The notes: a model not told the origin generated them from the letters alone. A stretch of DNA of 64,000 nt from Acidimicrobiia bacterium (GCA_038250905.1 JBBSBV010000026.1:310-64309), one strand, 5' to 3'. Counted from the stretch's first letter, positions 26,308 to 36,956 are shown. Numbers and translations are program-made.

Positions 26308-29300
26308 GTGGAAGACGGCTCGAGGAGCGAGCACGCGCCCAGCGCGGACCGGTCGCTACTCGGCCTGATGCTGGAACACGCGACCGACGGCATCTGCCTC
26401 GTGTCGCGCGAGGGCACGGTCCTGGCCACCACTCCCGCGATCGAGCGGATGATCGGTGCCGCCCCGGGCACGATGCGCGGGATGAGCGGCCTCGAACTGC
26501 TACACGAGGACGACGTCCTGCCCGCGCTGGACCGGCTGAACCGGATCGGTGAGGACGTCCCCGAGGACTACCGCACGTACCGCTTCAAACATCGAGAAGG
26601 CCACTACATCACCGTCGAGTTGGTGGCGACCGAGAACCCCGAACCGATCGCCGAGGCGCCGACCGGCTCGCTCGTCCTCACGGTGCGGGACATCACCGAA
26701 TGGCACGAGACCCAGCTCGAACTCGCCCAGAGCCAGATCCGCCGCGATCTCGTCGCCACCATCGCGTCCAGCTTCGTGGACGCACTCGACACCGAGATCG
26801 ACGCCACCCTCACCAAGACGCTCGAACGCCTCGGCCATCACCTGGGCGCCGACCGTGCGTACGTGTTCCGCAGCTCTCCGGACGGCACGTCGATGCACCG
26901 CACCCATCGTTGGTCCCGTCCGGGCCACGGATTCATCGTCGACCTGTTGGTGGACATCCCGACCGATGCCTTCCGGCCCTGGCGTGAGCGTCTGCTCGCG
27001 AACCAGACGATCGTCATCGACGACCGGACCCAGCCCGACTCCCCCGACCGCGAAGTCGAGTTGACCGGCGGCGCGGGGATCACCGCGCTCGTCGCAGTCC
27101 CGCTCGTGCGGGAGGGAGCTTCGGTCGGGTTCATCGGTCTCGACGTGATCGACCGCAGCTACACGTGGAACCGCGATGACGCGCTGGTGCTGCGGGTCAT
27201 CTCGGACATCATCGGGTCCGCCCTCGCGCGCCGGGACGCCGGCGAGAGGTCGCGCCTCGCGGAGACCCGCTTCCGCGCCATGGTCGAGCACTCCTCCGAC
27301 GCGCTCATCGTCATCGACCGCGATGCCCGGATCAATCACATGCCGATCGGAGCAAACCTCTTCGGCTACGCGCCCACGGATCTCTACGCGACCAACGCCC
27401 TCGAACTCGTCCATCCCGACGACCTCGAGTTCGCGGCGACCGAAATGATCAAGGCCGTCGAGGATCCCTCCTATCACGCGCTGAACGCGATGCGGATCCG
27501 GCACGCCGACGGCCACTGGGTGCCGATCGAACTCGTTGCCTCGAGCCACTTCGACGAGCCGGCGATCGACGGCGTGATCATGAACGTCCGCGACGTCACC
27601 GACCGCCGGTTGGTGGAGAGCCAGCTCCACGACAGCGAGGAGAGGATGCGCGGGTTGGTGGAGAATCTCCCCGGCGCCGTGTTCCGCTGCGCCGCGTCGC
27701 CGCCGTTCGACGACGAGTACGTGAGCGAGGCGATCGAGGGGCTCACCGGCTACGCCGCCACCGAGTTCGTGTCCGGTGCCGTCTCGTACGATTCCCTCAT
27801 CGAGCCGTCGCACCGCGCGTCGAGCGACATCGAGATCGCCCGGGCGAAGCAACGGGTCGGCGATCGGCAATACGTGGTCGAGTACCCGATCCAGCACCGC
27901 GACGGTTCTGTGCGTTGGCTCTCGGAGCACGGGCGCGTCATCGATGGCCGACCGGGCGAGGAAGAGATGCTCGAAGGGTTCATCTTCGACATCACCTCTC
28001 GCGTGGAAGCCATCAACGAGACCAGGGACAGCGAGACCAAACTCACCCACCTCATCGCCAACATCCCGGGCACCGTGTTCCGCTCGGAGGCGACCCCGCC
28101 CTATCGGGACATCTTCGTCAGTGATGCCATCGAGGAACTCACCGGCTACTCCCCGACTGCGTTCGTCGCGGGCCAACTCGACTTCTACGATCTGATCGTC
28201 GCCGACCAACGGGGCAACGTCGACGAGGCGATCGCCCGCAGCGCCCAGCACGGAAACGCGTATTCGGCCGAGTACCAGTTCCGCCACCGCGACGGTTCGC
28301 TGCGTTGGGTCGAAGAACGCGGTCAGGTGGCGATCGATCCCGACGGGACCACATGGATCGACGGCACCATGTTCGACCTCACCGAGCGCAAGGTGCTCGA
28401 GAACCGCCTCGAACACGACGCCGCCCACGACCCGCTCACCGGGCTCCCGAACCGCAATCTCCTGATCCGCCACCTCGAGGCGACCGTGATGCGCGGGCAC
28501 CGCACCGGGACGCTGACCGCGGCACTCTTCGTCGACCTCGACCGGTTCAAGCTCGTCAACGACGCACTCGGCCACACTGCCGGTGACGAGTTGCTGGTCC
28601 ACTTCAGCCGCCGACTCCTGAGCGTGCTGCGAGCATCGGATCTCGCGGCGCGCACCGGCGGTGACGAGTTCGTGATCGTCTGTTCCGACCTCGCCGATGC
28701 GGCCGAGGCCGAGGCGGTCGCCGACCGTGTGGCCGGGCTGCTCAGCAACCCGTTCACGATCCAGGGCCGCAGTGTGTTCGTGAGTGCCAGTGTGGGAATC
28801 GCACTCGCCGACCGCCACGACAGCTCGGCCAGCGACCTCCTCCGCAACGCCGACACCGCGGCGTACCGGGCCAAGGAACGGGGCCGCAACCGGTACGAAC
28901 TCTTCGACGACGCGTTGCGGGCCGCGACCGCGGCCGCGCTCGAAGTCGAAACCGACCTGCACCGCGCGCTCGACGACCACCAGTTGTTCCTCCGCTACCA
29001 GCCCGTCGTCGACCTCGAGCACGGCAGCATGGTGGGGGCCGAGGGCCTCGTCCGGTGGCAACACCCGCAACGAGGGCTCCTGACCCCCGACGAGTTCCTG
29101 GTTGCAGCCGAGGTGTCCGGACTCGTCGTCGCCCTCGGTCGCGAGGTCCTCGAACTCGGTGTGGGCGCCATGCGCGACGTCGACGAGGACCGCCTCCCCA
29201 CGTTGGCGATCAACCTCTCACCGCGGGAACTCGCCCAACCGGACCTGATCGAACGGGTCCGGACGACGCTCGCCGACCACGGCGTGAAACCGTCCCGCCT

Positions 29301-29718
29301 GTGCATCGAGATCACCGAAAGTGCCGTCCTCGACGAGGTCGAATCGGCCATCGCGACACTCAACGCCCTGCGCGACATCGGAGTCCGGCTGGCCATCGAC
29401 GACTTCGGCACCGGCTACTCGTCGCTCAGCTACCTCCGCCGACTCCCCGTCGACATCGTGAAGATCGACCGGTCCTTCGTCGCCGAACTCGGCGCGGACG
29501 GCGCCAACGTCACCATCGTCGCCGGGATCATCGGCCTCGCCCGGGGCCTCGGCCTCTCCGTCGTCGCCGAAGGCATCGAGACCGTTCGGCAACTCCAGGT
29601 ACTCCGAGAACTGGGATGCACGCTCGGTCAGGGCTTCCTGTTCTCGGCCCCGGTCGCACTCGACGACCTCCTCGGCATCGATTCCGACCGGTGGTCCACC
29701 GGCCACGTGCGACACTGA
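26308..29718 (+). CDS. PAS-GAF-PAS-PAS-PAS-GGDEF-EAL c-di-GMP cyclase/phosphodiesterase
   Basis: HPDD/RHRDG PAS-PAC motifs; HDPLTGLPNR; RASD I-site + GGDEF; EGL, DDFGTGYSS, VVAEGIET; start uncertain. Confidence 0.93.
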   Translation: MEDGSRSEHAPSADRSLLGLMLEHATDGICLVSREGTVLATTPAIERMIGAAPGTMRGMSGLELLHEDDVLPALDRLNRIGEDVPEDYRTYRFKHREGHYITVELVATENPEPIAEAPTGSLVLTVRDITEWHETQLELAQSQIRRDLVATIASSFVDALDTEIDATLTKTLERLGHHLGADRAYVFRSSPDGTSMHRTHRWSRPGHGFIVDLLVDIPTDAFRPWRERLLANQTIVIDDRTQPDSPDREVELTGGAGITALVAVPLVREGASVGFIGLDVIDRSYTWNRDDALVLRVISDIIGSALARRDAGERSRLAETRFRAMVEHSSDALIVIDRDARINHMPIGANLFGYAPTDLYATNALELVHPDDLEFAATEMIKAVEDPSYHALNAMRIRHADGHWVPIELVASSHFDEPAIDGVIMNVRDVTDRRLVESQLHDSEERMRGLVENLPGAVFRCAASPPFDDEYVSEAIEGLTGYAATEFVSGAVSYDSLIEPSHRASSDIEIARAKQRVGDRQYVVEYPIQHRDGSVRWLSEHGRVIDGRPGEEEMLEGFIFDITSRVEAINETRDSETKLTHLIANIPGTVFRSEATPPYRDIFVSDAIEELTGYSPTAFVAGQLDFYDLIVADQRGNVDEAIARSAQHGNAYSAEYQFRHRDGSLRWVEERGQVAIDPDGTTWIDGTMFDLTERKVLENRLEHDAAHDPLTGLPNRNLLIRHLEATVMRGHRTGTLTAALFVDLDRFKLVNDALGHTAGDELLVHFSRRLLSVLRASDLAARTGGDEFVIVCSDLADAAEAEAVADRVAGLLSNPFTIQGRSVFVSASVGIALADRHDSSASDLLRNADTAAYRAKERGRNRYELFDDALRAATAAALEVETDLHRALDDHQLFLRYQPVVDLEHGSMVGAEGLVRWQHPQRGLLTPDEFLVAAEVSGLVVALGREVLELGVGAMRDVDEDRLPTLAINLSPRELAQPDLIERVRTTLADHGVKPSRLCIEITESAVLDEVESAIATLNALRDIGVRLAIDDFGTGYSSLSYLRRLPVDIVKIDRSFVAELGADGANVTIVAGIIGLARGLGLSVVAEGIETVRQLQVLRELGCTLGQGFLFSAPVALDDLLGIDSDRWSTGHVRH

Positions 29719-29724
29719 CCCCAC

Positions 29725-29805
29725 GCGAGCGTGGCGGAACGGCATACGCGCCGGGTTTAGGTCCCGGTCCCTTCGGGGGTGAGGGTTCGACTCCCTCCGC
29801 TCGCA
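29725..29805 (+). tRNA. tRNA-Leu(TAG)
   Basis: CCGGG-TT-TAG-GT-CCCGG; long variable arm CCCTTCGGGG; GGTTCGACTCC. Confidence 0.95.
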
Positions 29806-29810
29806 CTCGA

Positions 29811-29896
29811 CATTTCGGCCCGTACGCTCACGCTCCTGATGGACGGCGGTGACGTGGGGTTCGCTCCCGGGCTGCTCGCTCCGCAGGCTCCGCTCG
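29811..29896 (-). repeat. Dispersed repeat, copy 2
   Basis: Reverse complement GAGCGGAGCCTGCGGAGCGAGCAGCCCGGGAGCGAACCCCACGTCAC...GTGAGCGTACGGGCCGAAATG. Confidence 0.85.
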
Positions 29897-29941
29897 GGTG
29901 CGGCTTGAGGGCGGCGGGGCTGCTTCGCCCCGCGTTCGGTC

Positions 29942-30307
29942 TTACTTCTTCTTCTTCTTCTTCTTGCCGCTCTTGCCGCCGGGCTTGCGGACGAAGCGGC
30001 GCTTGGCGTTCTTCTTGTCGAACTCGGCCAGGATGTCGGGGGCCGCGGAGTTGATGATGTCCTCGGCGGCATCGAGCAGCGCGGCGACGTCCTCACCCTG
30101 GGGCTCGGACTCCGGGACCGTTCCTGCGGCCGCGCCGAGACTCCCGTACTGCCAGCCGACGTCGATCATCCGCCGCGAGAAGCTCGGACAGTCGGCCGGG
30201 CACTTCCACGGCGCCTCGGGCGCGAGGTCGAGCTGACACTTCCGGACCGTTTCCCCTGACGGGTAGGTCCGGGATTCGTAATGGCGGCAGTCGGTACGCA
30301 TCGGCAC
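29942..30307 (-). CDS. Small Cys-rich hypothetical protein with basic tail
   Basis: DCRHY...KC...WKCPADC; KKKKKKK C-terminus; good codon bias. Confidence 0.75.
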   Translation of the reverse strand: MPMRTDCRHYESRTYPSGETVRKCQLDLAPEAPWKCPADCPSFSRRMIDVGWQYGSLGAAAGTVPESEPQGEDVAALLDAAEDIINSAAPDILAEFDKKNAKRRFVRKPGGKSGKKKKKKK

Positions 30308-30344
30308 CGCGCCATCCTGGCAGATCGACCCCGGGTGGGTGCGC

Positions 30345-30902
30345 TCACCCCAGCCATTCGGGTGCCCGCTCCAGCAGGTAGCGGCTCACCACCAGGCACC
30401 GGTCGAGCGTCTCGCAGGGAACCTCTTCACCGTCGCGGATGCGCAGCAGGGAGACCCGCTGGTGACCCACCACCCGCAGGCTCGTCTCGGGCGCATCGGT
30501 CACCGACGGGTACGAGTCGATCGCCGAGACCTCGAGGGGAAGATCCCGACCCCCGACCGCGGCGAGATCGGTCGCCAGCACGAGCAGATCCGGCGCGTGG
30601 GGAAGCGGTGGCAACGCCCAGGTGAACGTCAGCGGGAGGTGGAACTCGTCGGGTGGGTCGGTGATGCCGTCGCCCTCGATCACCGCATCCTCGAAGCCGA
30701 GCAGCACACGCGGATCGATCTCGAGCGACAGGTAGAGGTCGACCGGGCCGTCACACCCCTCCTCGGGATGCAGATCGACTTCCCAGTTCTGGCGCAGTGA
30801 ATAGCTCTCGACGAAGTGCCGCTCGTCGTGCACGTGGAATCCGTGCTCGACTGCGTGGTCCTTGAGGTCGGCGACGAATCCGGCCAGGTCGATGACCGCC
30901 AC
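30345..30902 (-). CDS. Acidic hypothetical protein
   Basis: MAVIDLAGFVADLKDHAVEHGFHVHDERHF; starts 2 nt after esterase stop. Confidence 0.75.
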   Translation of the reverse strand: MAVIDLAGFVADLKDHAVEHGFHVHDERHFVESYSLRQNWEVDLHPEEGCDGPVDLYLSLEIDPRVLLGFEDAVIEGDGITDPPDEFHLPLTFTWALPPLPHAPDLLVLATDLAAVGGRDLPLEVSAIDSYPSVTDAPETSLRVVGHQRVSLLRIRDGEEVPCETLDRCLVVSRYLLERAPEWLG

Positions 30903-30904
30903 GG

Positions 30905-31828
30905 CTACCCCACCGCCGATCGGACTGCGGCCACCGCATCGTCGAACGCGACCTGCGCGGCGTCGATCATGCTGCCCATCGAGAAGAACCCGTGGAACAG
31001 GCCGGCGTACATGTGGTCGGCGACGACCGTGCCGGCGGCCCGCATCGCGGCGACGTACGCGAGTCCCTGATCGCGCAGCGGGTCGTACTCCGCGGTGACC
31101 ACGAACGCGGGCGGGAGTCCGCCGAGGTCCGGGTTGTGTAGGGGCGACACCGCCGGATCCCCACCAACGGCCGCGTCGGTGAGATAGAGGTCGTAGAACC
31201 ACTGCATCGATGCACGGGTGAGGTAATAGCCCACCGCATTGTCCTCCATCGATACCGAGGTGAACTCGTGGTCGGTCACCGGGTACACGAGCAACTGGAA
31301 CGCGATCGCCGGACCGTCCACCCGCGCCTGCTGGGCGACGACCGCGGCGAGGTTGCCGCCGGAACTGTCACCGGCGACGACGAGCCGCCCCGGATCGCCA
31401 CCGATCGCGGCCGCGTGGTCCCCGACCCATCGCGTCGCGGCGACGGCATCTTCGACCGCGGCCGGGTACCGGTGCTCGGGCGCGAGGCGATAGTCGACCG
31501 ACACGACGACGGCACCCACGCCGTCGGCCAGGCCGCGGCAGATGCCGTCGTGGGTCGTCAACGATCCGAGCACCCAACCGCCGCCGTGGAAATAGACGAT
31601 GACCGGAAGGTCCGACGCGCTCGCGGGCCGGTAGATCCGCACCGGGATGTCCCCCGCCGGGCCGGGAATCGTCCGGTCGATGACACCGGCGATCTCGATG
31701 CTCGACGCGATCGCGGCACTGTCCATCAGCGCGCGCATGGTCACCGGATCGGTGCCCGGCCCGAGATCGCCGAAGCCGGACGCGACGACGAGGTCGATGA
31801 TCGCCTTCGCTTGTGGATCGAGCGGCAC
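30905..31828 (-). CDS. Alpha/beta hydrolase, HSL-family esterase
   Basis: HGGG, GDSSGG, DPLRD, HGF. Confidence 0.92.
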   Translation of the reverse strand: MPLDPQAKAIIDLVVASGFGDLGPGTDPVTMRALMDSAAIASSIEIAGVIDRTIPGPAGDIPVRIYRPASASDLPVIVYFHGGGWVLGSLTTHDGICRGLADGVGAVVVSVDYRLAPEHRYPAAVEDAVAATRWVGDHAAAIGGDPGRLVVAGDSSGGNLAAVVAQQARVDGPAIAFQLLVYPVTDHEFTSVSMEDNAVGYYLTRASMQWFYDLYLTDAAVGGDPAVSPLHNPDLGGLPPAFVVTAEYDPLRDQGLAYVAAMRAAGTVVADHMYAGLFHGFFSMGSMIDAAQVAFDDAVAAVRSAVG

Positions 31829-31831
31829 GGG

Positions 31832-32458
31832 CTACTCCTGGGTACGGGTCGATGAAGCCTCGCGCACCTGCGTTGCGAGGGCGCGCAGGGCGCGACCACG
31901 GTGCGAGATCTGCTGCTTCTCGGCCAGGCTCATCTCGGCGAAGGTCCGTCCCCGCCCACCGGCCGGCACGAAGACCGAGTCGTACCCGAAGCCGCCCGAC
32001 CCGCGCGGCGCCTCGGCGATCACACCCTCGGCCACGCCTTCGGCCACCACCTCGGTCCCGTCGGGCCTCACCAGCACGACCACGGTGCGGAAGCGCGCGG
32101 TCCGCGCGTTCCGGCGGGCCTCGGCCATCTCCCGGATCAGCTTCTCGACGTTCTCCGCGTAGGTGGCGTCCGGCCCGGCGTACCGGGCGCTGAAGATCCC
32201 CGGTGCGCCACCGAGCGAGTCGACCTCGAGGCCGGTGTCGTCGGCGACGGCGGCCCAGCCGGTCGCGGCCAGCAATGCCGCGGCCTTGAGCCGCGCGTTC
32301 TCGACGAGCGTCGTGCCCGTCTCCTCGACATCGGGCACCGAAGCGGGACGCGGCACCAGAATGAAACCCGACCCGGTGAGCGCATCGCTGATCTCGCGGG
32401 CCTTGTCCGGATTGGCGCTCGCCACCACCAGCCGCTCCGAGTTGCCGGGGTCGGTCAC
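31832..32458 (-). CDS. rdgB: Non-canonical purine NTP pyrophosphatase (RdgB/HAM1)
   Basis: [30 protein letters not shown]. Confidence 0.95.
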   Translation of the reverse strand: MTDPGNSERLVVASANPDKAREISDALTGSGFILVPRPASVPDVEETGTTLVENARLKAAALLAATGWAAVADDTGLEVDSLGGAPGIFSARYAGPDATYAENVEKLIREMAEARRNARTARFRTVVVLVRPDGTEVVAEGVAEGVIAEAPRGSGGFGYDSVFVPAGGRGRTFAEMSLAEKQQISHRGRALRALATQVREASSTRTQE

Positions 32459-33192
32459 CGGGGGCTGGGTGGGACCGACAGCAACTCGCGCTGCAGGTCG
32501 AAGATCTGGCTGATCCCCGACTCGGCGAGTCCGAGCAGCGCGTCGAGTTCGTCCCGGCTGAACACGGCCCCTTCGGCGGTGCCCTGCAGTTCGATGAAGC
32601 CACCGGATCCGGTCATCACGACGTTCATGTCGACGTCGGCGGTGGAGTCCTCGACGTAGTCGAGGTCGAGGCTGGGGAGTGCTCCGACCACGCCGACCGA
32701 GATCGCAGCGCAGTAGTCCTGCATCGGGTGTGCCGGCAGCTTGCGCGCGGCCACCAACCGCGAGAACGCGTCGTGCAATGCGAGGAACCCGCCACAGATC
32801 GACGCGGTACGCGTGCCGCCGTCGGCCTGGAGCGCGTCGCAGTCGACCGTGATCTGCACGTCGGGCAGCATCGAGAGGTCGGTGACGGCGCGGAGCGACC
32901 GGCCGATCAGCCGCTGGATCTCCTGCGTCCGGCCGCTCTGCTTGCCCTTGGCCGCCTCGCGGTTGACCCGCTCGGGGGTGGAGCCCGGCAGCATGGAGTA
33001 CTCGGCCGTCACCCAGCCCTTACCGGTGTTACGGAGCCACGGCGGCACCCGCTCCTCCACCGACGCGGTGCAGAGGACCCGGGTGCGACCGAACTCGACG
33101 AGCACCGATCCCATCGCCAACTCGGTGAAGTCGCGCGTGAACGTGAGAGGACGGAGCTCATCGGGCTCGCGCCCGTCGTGACGAATACCCAT
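32455..33192 (-). CDS. rph: Ribonuclease PH
   Basis: [35 protein letters not shown]. Confidence 0.97.
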   Translation of the reverse strand: MGIRHDGREPDELRPLTFTRDFTELAMGSVLVEFGRTRVLCTASVEERVPPWLRNTGKGWVTAEYSMLPGSTPERVNREAAKGKQSGRTQEIQRLIGRSLRAVTDLSMLPDVQITVDCDALQADGGTRTASICGGFLALHDAFSRLVAARKLPAHPMQDYCAAISVGVVGALPSLDLDYVEDSTADVDMNVVMTGSGGFIELQGTAEGAVFSRDELDALLGLAESGISQIFDLQRELLSVPPSPR

Positions 33193-33219
33193 CGGTGCCT
33201 TTCGGTGCGCGGGAGGCGC

Positions 33220-33948
33220 TTAGATCGTGACGGTGAAATCGACCGCGGCCAGCGCGACCGACGCGCCGAACGCTTCGGATCCTTCCTCAATGACCATCGT
33301 CGGGTCGACCTGAGGCCACAGATGGGTCAGGACCAGCCGCTCGGCCCGCGCGTCACGTGCCGCGGTACCGGCCTGCTGCCCGGAGAGGTGGATCGGGGAT
33401 CGGCGATCGGAATGCACGTACGACGCCTCCGACAACACGAGGTTCGCACCCGGCGCGAATGCATCGACCGACCACTCGGGCCCGGTGTCCGACGTGTAGA
33501 CGAGTCGGCGCGCGGCTGCGGAGGTGAGTTCGACCGCATACGTGGGGGGCGGGTGGTCGGTGCGTGAGAACGCGAGCGAGATCCCGCCGACCGTTGCGGT
33601 GGAACCGTCGTCGATCGAATGCCAGTCGAAGGTCTCGCCCCATTCGACCAAGGTGCCCAGCCGCTCCTCCGCACCCGCCGGCGCGTAGAGCGGCACTCCG
33701 GTGCGCTCCAGGCCGTAACGCAGGAGCACGTGGAGCCCATAGATGTCGACACAGTGGTCCGGGTGCTCGTGGGTGATCACGATCGCAGTGAGGTCCGCCG
33801 GGTCGACGTGGCGCTGCAGGTTCACGAAGCTGCCGTTGCCGCAGTCCATCCAGATCGTCGTCGCGCCGTCACGCACGAGGTAGCCCGAGCACGCGCCGGC
33901 CGCCGGCGCGCCGTAGGAACCGCTACAACCGAGCACGGTCAGCTCCAT
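33220..33948 (-). CDS. MBL-fold metallo-hydrolase (Rv1339-like)
   Basis: LTVLGCSGS, THEHPDH, YTSDTG, LTHLWP. Confidence 0.9.
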   Translation of the reverse strand: MELTVLGCSGSYGAPAAGACSGYLVRDGATTIWMDCGNGSFVNLQRHVDPADLTAIVITHEHPDHCVDIYGLHVLLRYGLERTGVPLYAPAGAEERLGTLVEWGETFDWHSIDDGSTATVGGISLAFSRTDHPPPTYAVELTSAAARRLVYTSDTGPEWSVDAFAPGANLVLSEASYVHSDRRSPIHLSGQQAGTAARDARAERLVLTHLWPQVDPTMVIEEGSEAFGASVALAAVDFTVTI

Positions 33949-34748
33949 TGCCACGCCTCCGCGCTCACGACCTCAGGGCCGAGGAACCGGCTCCCGAGCG
34001 TCTGGAATCGGCCGGGATCACCCGACGTGATGAACCGCCGCGCCACGGCGTCGGGTCCGGGATCCGGGCGGCCGGCACCGAGCATCCGCCGGGCCGCGAA
34101 CGCGGTCTCGTCGGCGCTCGACACCAGGACGACCTCGGGACCCATGACGTCGGCGATGGTGCGCGCGAGCAGCGGGTAGTGGGTGCATCCGAGGATCAGG
34201 GTGTCGACCCCGGCGCGGCGGACCGGTTCCAGCAGCCGTTCCGCGAGGACATGCACCTGATCCGAGTCGACATCGCCCGACTCCACGAACTCGACGAAGC
34301 CCGGACAGGCGGCGCAGGTGAGTTCGACCCCCGCGCCCGCCGCCGCGCGTTGGTACGCACCGCTCGCGACGGTGCCGACGGTGCCGATGACACCGACCCT
34401 CCCGCTCGTGGTGACCGCCGCCGCGGCCCGCACCCCGGGTTCGACGACGCCGATCACCGGGATCTCGTACCGCGCGCCGAGGGCGTCGAGCGCGACCGAG
34501 GTGGCGCTGTTGCACGCGACGACGATCAGCGCGACGTCGTGGTCGACGAGGAGGTCGGCGATCTCGAGTGAGTACTTCAGGACTTCGTCCGCGGGCTTGG
34601 GCCCGTACGGGAACCGCCCCGTGTCGCCGAAGTAGATCGTGGGGGTGGCCGGGAGCAGGTCGATGAGCGCACGCAGCACCGTGAGACCGCCCAACCCGGA
34701 ATCGAAGACCCCGATCGGCCGCACCGGGCCCGCGGGCGTGGACGTCAT
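33939..34748 (-). CDS. murI: Glutamate racemase
   Basis: FDSGLGG, PYG, ACNS, LGCTHY. Confidence 0.96.
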   Translation of the reverse strand: MTSTPAGPVRPIGVFDSGLGGLTVLRALIDLLPATPTIYFGDTGRFPYGPKPADEVLKYSLEIADLLVDHDVALIVVACNSATSVALDALGARYEIPVIGVVEPGVRAAAAVTTSGRVGVIGTVGTVASGAYQRAAAGAGVELTCAACPGFVEFVESGDVDSDQVHVLAERLLEPVRRAGVDTLILGCTHYPLLARTIADVMGPEVVLVSSADETAFAARRMLGAGRPDPGPDAVARRFITSGDPGRFQTLGSRFLGPEVVSAEAWQWS

Positions 34749-34758
34749 CGTTTGCACG

Positions 34759-35721
34759 CTACCGGCCGGTTGCCGCGCGCCCGAGCCGATCGGCCACCGC
34801 GACACCGATTCCGTCGAGTTCCGGCTGCACCGCCAACACCACATCCATGCCCAGATCATCGGCGCTCCGCAGGGCCGAATAGAGGATCTGCGCGTAATGA
34901 TCGGGCGATCCCACCGTGGCCAAGGTCACAACCCCGACGCGCGATTCGGAGGTCCCGACGCCGCGCTCGGCGATGATCCCGACGCGGTCGCCGGCCTCCA
35001 CGAGTGCCGTCGCGCGGGCGTCGATCTCGTTCGCCGGGACCACCTCGACCCGAGCTGCCGGCGCGTAGTGCGACGGGAGCGTGCCGGGCGCGCGGGTGGA
35101 ACCTCCGAGGACCACCTCGGTCTCGAGGAGTCCGCCGATCATGCCGGCGGTGATCGCGCCCGGTCGCAGGACGCGAATGGTGTCGGAGGTGCAGTCGACG
35201 ATGGTCGACTCGACCCCGACTCCACAGGCGCCGCCATCGACGACGCCGGCGATCTCGGCGCCGAACTCGGCGCGCACGGCCTCGGCGGTCGTCGGGCTCA
35301 CCCGCCCGAAGCGGTTGGCCGACGGTGCGGCCACGCCCCCTCCGAACCGTTCGAGCAGGGCGAGTGCGACCGGATGATCGGGCACGCGCAGTCCCACCGT
35401 GTCCAGCCCGCCGGTCGCGACACGCGAGACACGCGGTGATGCGGCCACGACGACGGTGAGCGGTCCCGGCCACCATTCCGCCACCAACCGGCGCGCCGCG
35501 CCGGAGACGTCGACCGCCCAATCGTCGAGGACCGCATCGCGGCCGAGATGAACGATCACCGGATGACCGGGCGGGCGCCCCTTGGCGGCGTACAGCGATC
35601 GCACCGCGTCGGCATTCGACGCGTCGGCACCGAGTCCGTAGACGGTCTCGGTCGGGAACCCGACGAGCGCACCGGCGGCCAGATGACGAACCGCGGCCTC
35701 CAGATCGAGCAACGGCGTCAC
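34759..35721 (-). CDS. sua5: L-threonylcarbamoyladenylate synthase (Sua5 type)
   Basis: FPTETVYGLG, KGRP, PSANRFG, HYAP + C-terminal SUA5 domain. Confidence 0.93.
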   Translation of the reverse strand: MTPLLDLEAAVRHLAAGALVGFPTETVYGLGADASNADAVRSLYAAKGRPPGHPVIVHLGRDAVLDDWAVDVSGAARRLVAEWWPGPLTVVVAASPRVSRVATGGLDTVGLRVPDHPVALALLERFGGGVAAPSANRFGRVSPTTAEAVRAEFGAEIAGVVDGGACGVGVESTIVDCTSDTIRVLRPGAITAGMIGGLLETEVVLGGSTRAPGTLPSHYAPAARVEVVPANEIDARATALVEAGDRVGIIAERGVGTSESRVGVVTLATVGSPDHYAQILYSALRSADDLGMDVVLAVQPELDGIGVAVADRLGRAATGR

Positions 35722-36653
35722 CAGTAATTGATGCGGCTGGCGCGTTCCTCGACCACGTCGAGGTCGTCCGTCCAGGCGCCCGACGACAAGTACTTCCAAC
35801 CGCCGTCGGGCAGGAGCGTCACGATGGTGCCCGCTTCCATGCGGGCGGCGACCTTCGCCGCACCGGCCACCGCCGCGCCCGACGAGATGCCCGCGAACAC
35901 ACCGCACTCGTCGAGGAGTCGGCGGGTCCACTCGATCGACTCGCGGTTGCGCACGATCGTCTTCCGGTCGAGGATTTCCGCGTCGAAGATCGGGGGCACG
36001 AACCCGTCGTCGAGGCTCCGCAGGCCCTGGACCAGCTCACCGGCCGGCGGTTCGACCGCGACGATCTGCACGTCGGGCTTGTGTTCCCGGAGGTAGCGAC
36101 CCACTCCCATGAGCGTGCCGCTCGTCCCGAGGCCCGCGACGAACACGTCGACCTCGGGACAGTCGGCCCAGATCTCGGGGCCGGTGCCCTCGTAATGCGC
36201 GAGCGGGTTCGCCGGGTTGCCGTACTGGTAGAGGAAGGCGTACTCGGGATCGGCCGCGGCGATCTCCTGCGCCCGCCGGATCGCGCCGTTGCTGCCCTCC
36301 GCGCCCGGGCTCAGCGTGACCTCGGCGCCGAAGATCTCGAGCAGCTGGCGCCGTTCGATACTCACGTTGTCGGGCATCACGATCCGCAGCTTGTACCCGC
36401 GCAACTTGGCGACCAGTGCGAGCCCGATCCCGGTGTTGCCGGACGAGGGTTCGAGGATCGTGGCACCGGGGTGCAACACGCCGTCGCGCTCGCCCATCTC
36501 CACCATCTTGCGGGCGATGCGATCTTTCGCGCTGCCGCCCGGGTTCTGGCCCTCGAGCTTGGCGTAGATCTTGACGTCCGGGTTCGGACTGAGCGCGTGG
36601 ATGCCGACGAGCGGGGTGTTGCCGATCAGGTCGAGGATGCTCTCGTGGCGCAC
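35718..36653 (-). CDS. cysM: PLP-dependent cysteine synthase (CysM type)
   Basis: GNTPL, NPGGSAKDR, SSGNTG, GLGTSGT, KYLS; next to cysO and mec. Confidence 0.9.
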   Translation of the reverse strand: MRHESILDLIGNTPLVGIHALSPNPDVKIYAKLEGQNPGGSAKDRIARKMVEMGERDGVLHPGATILEPSSGNTGIGLALVAKLRGYKLRIVMPDNVSIERRQLLEIFGAEVTLSPGAEGSNGAIRRAQEIAAADPEYAFLYQYGNPANPLAHYEGTGPEIWADCPEVDVFVAGLGTSGTLMGVGRYLREHKPDVQIVAVEPPAGELVQGLRSLDDGFVPPIFDAEILDRKTIVRNRESIEWTRRLLDECGVFAGISSGAAVAGAAKVAARMEAGTIVTLLPDGGWKYLSSGAWTDDLDVVEERASRINYW

Positions 36654-36669
36654 GACGGCGAGTGGAGCG

Positions 36670-36945
36670 CTACCCGCCGGCGACGGCGGGAAGGATCGAC
36701 ACGACGTCGCGGTCGGTGACCGGGGTCGCCAGCTTGTCGAGGTAGCGGATGTCGTCGTCGTTGACGTACACGTTGACGAACTTGTGCAGGACGCCCTCGC
36801 CGTCGACCAACTGGTTGGCCAATCCCGGGTGTTCCGCGGTGAGTGCCGCGAACACCTCGCCCACGGTGGTGCCGTCGGCGTGCACGGATGCGGCGCCGTC
36901 GGCGTGGACGCGCAGCAGGGTGGGGAGACGAACTTCGACAGCCAT
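36670..36945 (-). CDS. cysO: Ubiquitin-like sulfur carrier (CysO/MoaD family)
   Basis: FVNVYVNDDDIR, C-terminal PAVAGG. Confidence 0.88.
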   Translation of the reverse strand: MAVEVRLPTLLRVHADGAASVHADGTTVGEVFAALTAEHPGLANQLVDGEGVLHKFVNVYVNDDDIRYLDKLATPVTDRDVVSILPAVAGG

Positions 36946-36956
36946 CATGTCAGCCT

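Noticed and set aside
29030-29060. Degenerate EAL domain (EGL)
   Set aside because: The catalytic Glu, DDFGTGYSS and EGIE motifs are intact; the substitution is a tolerated variant.
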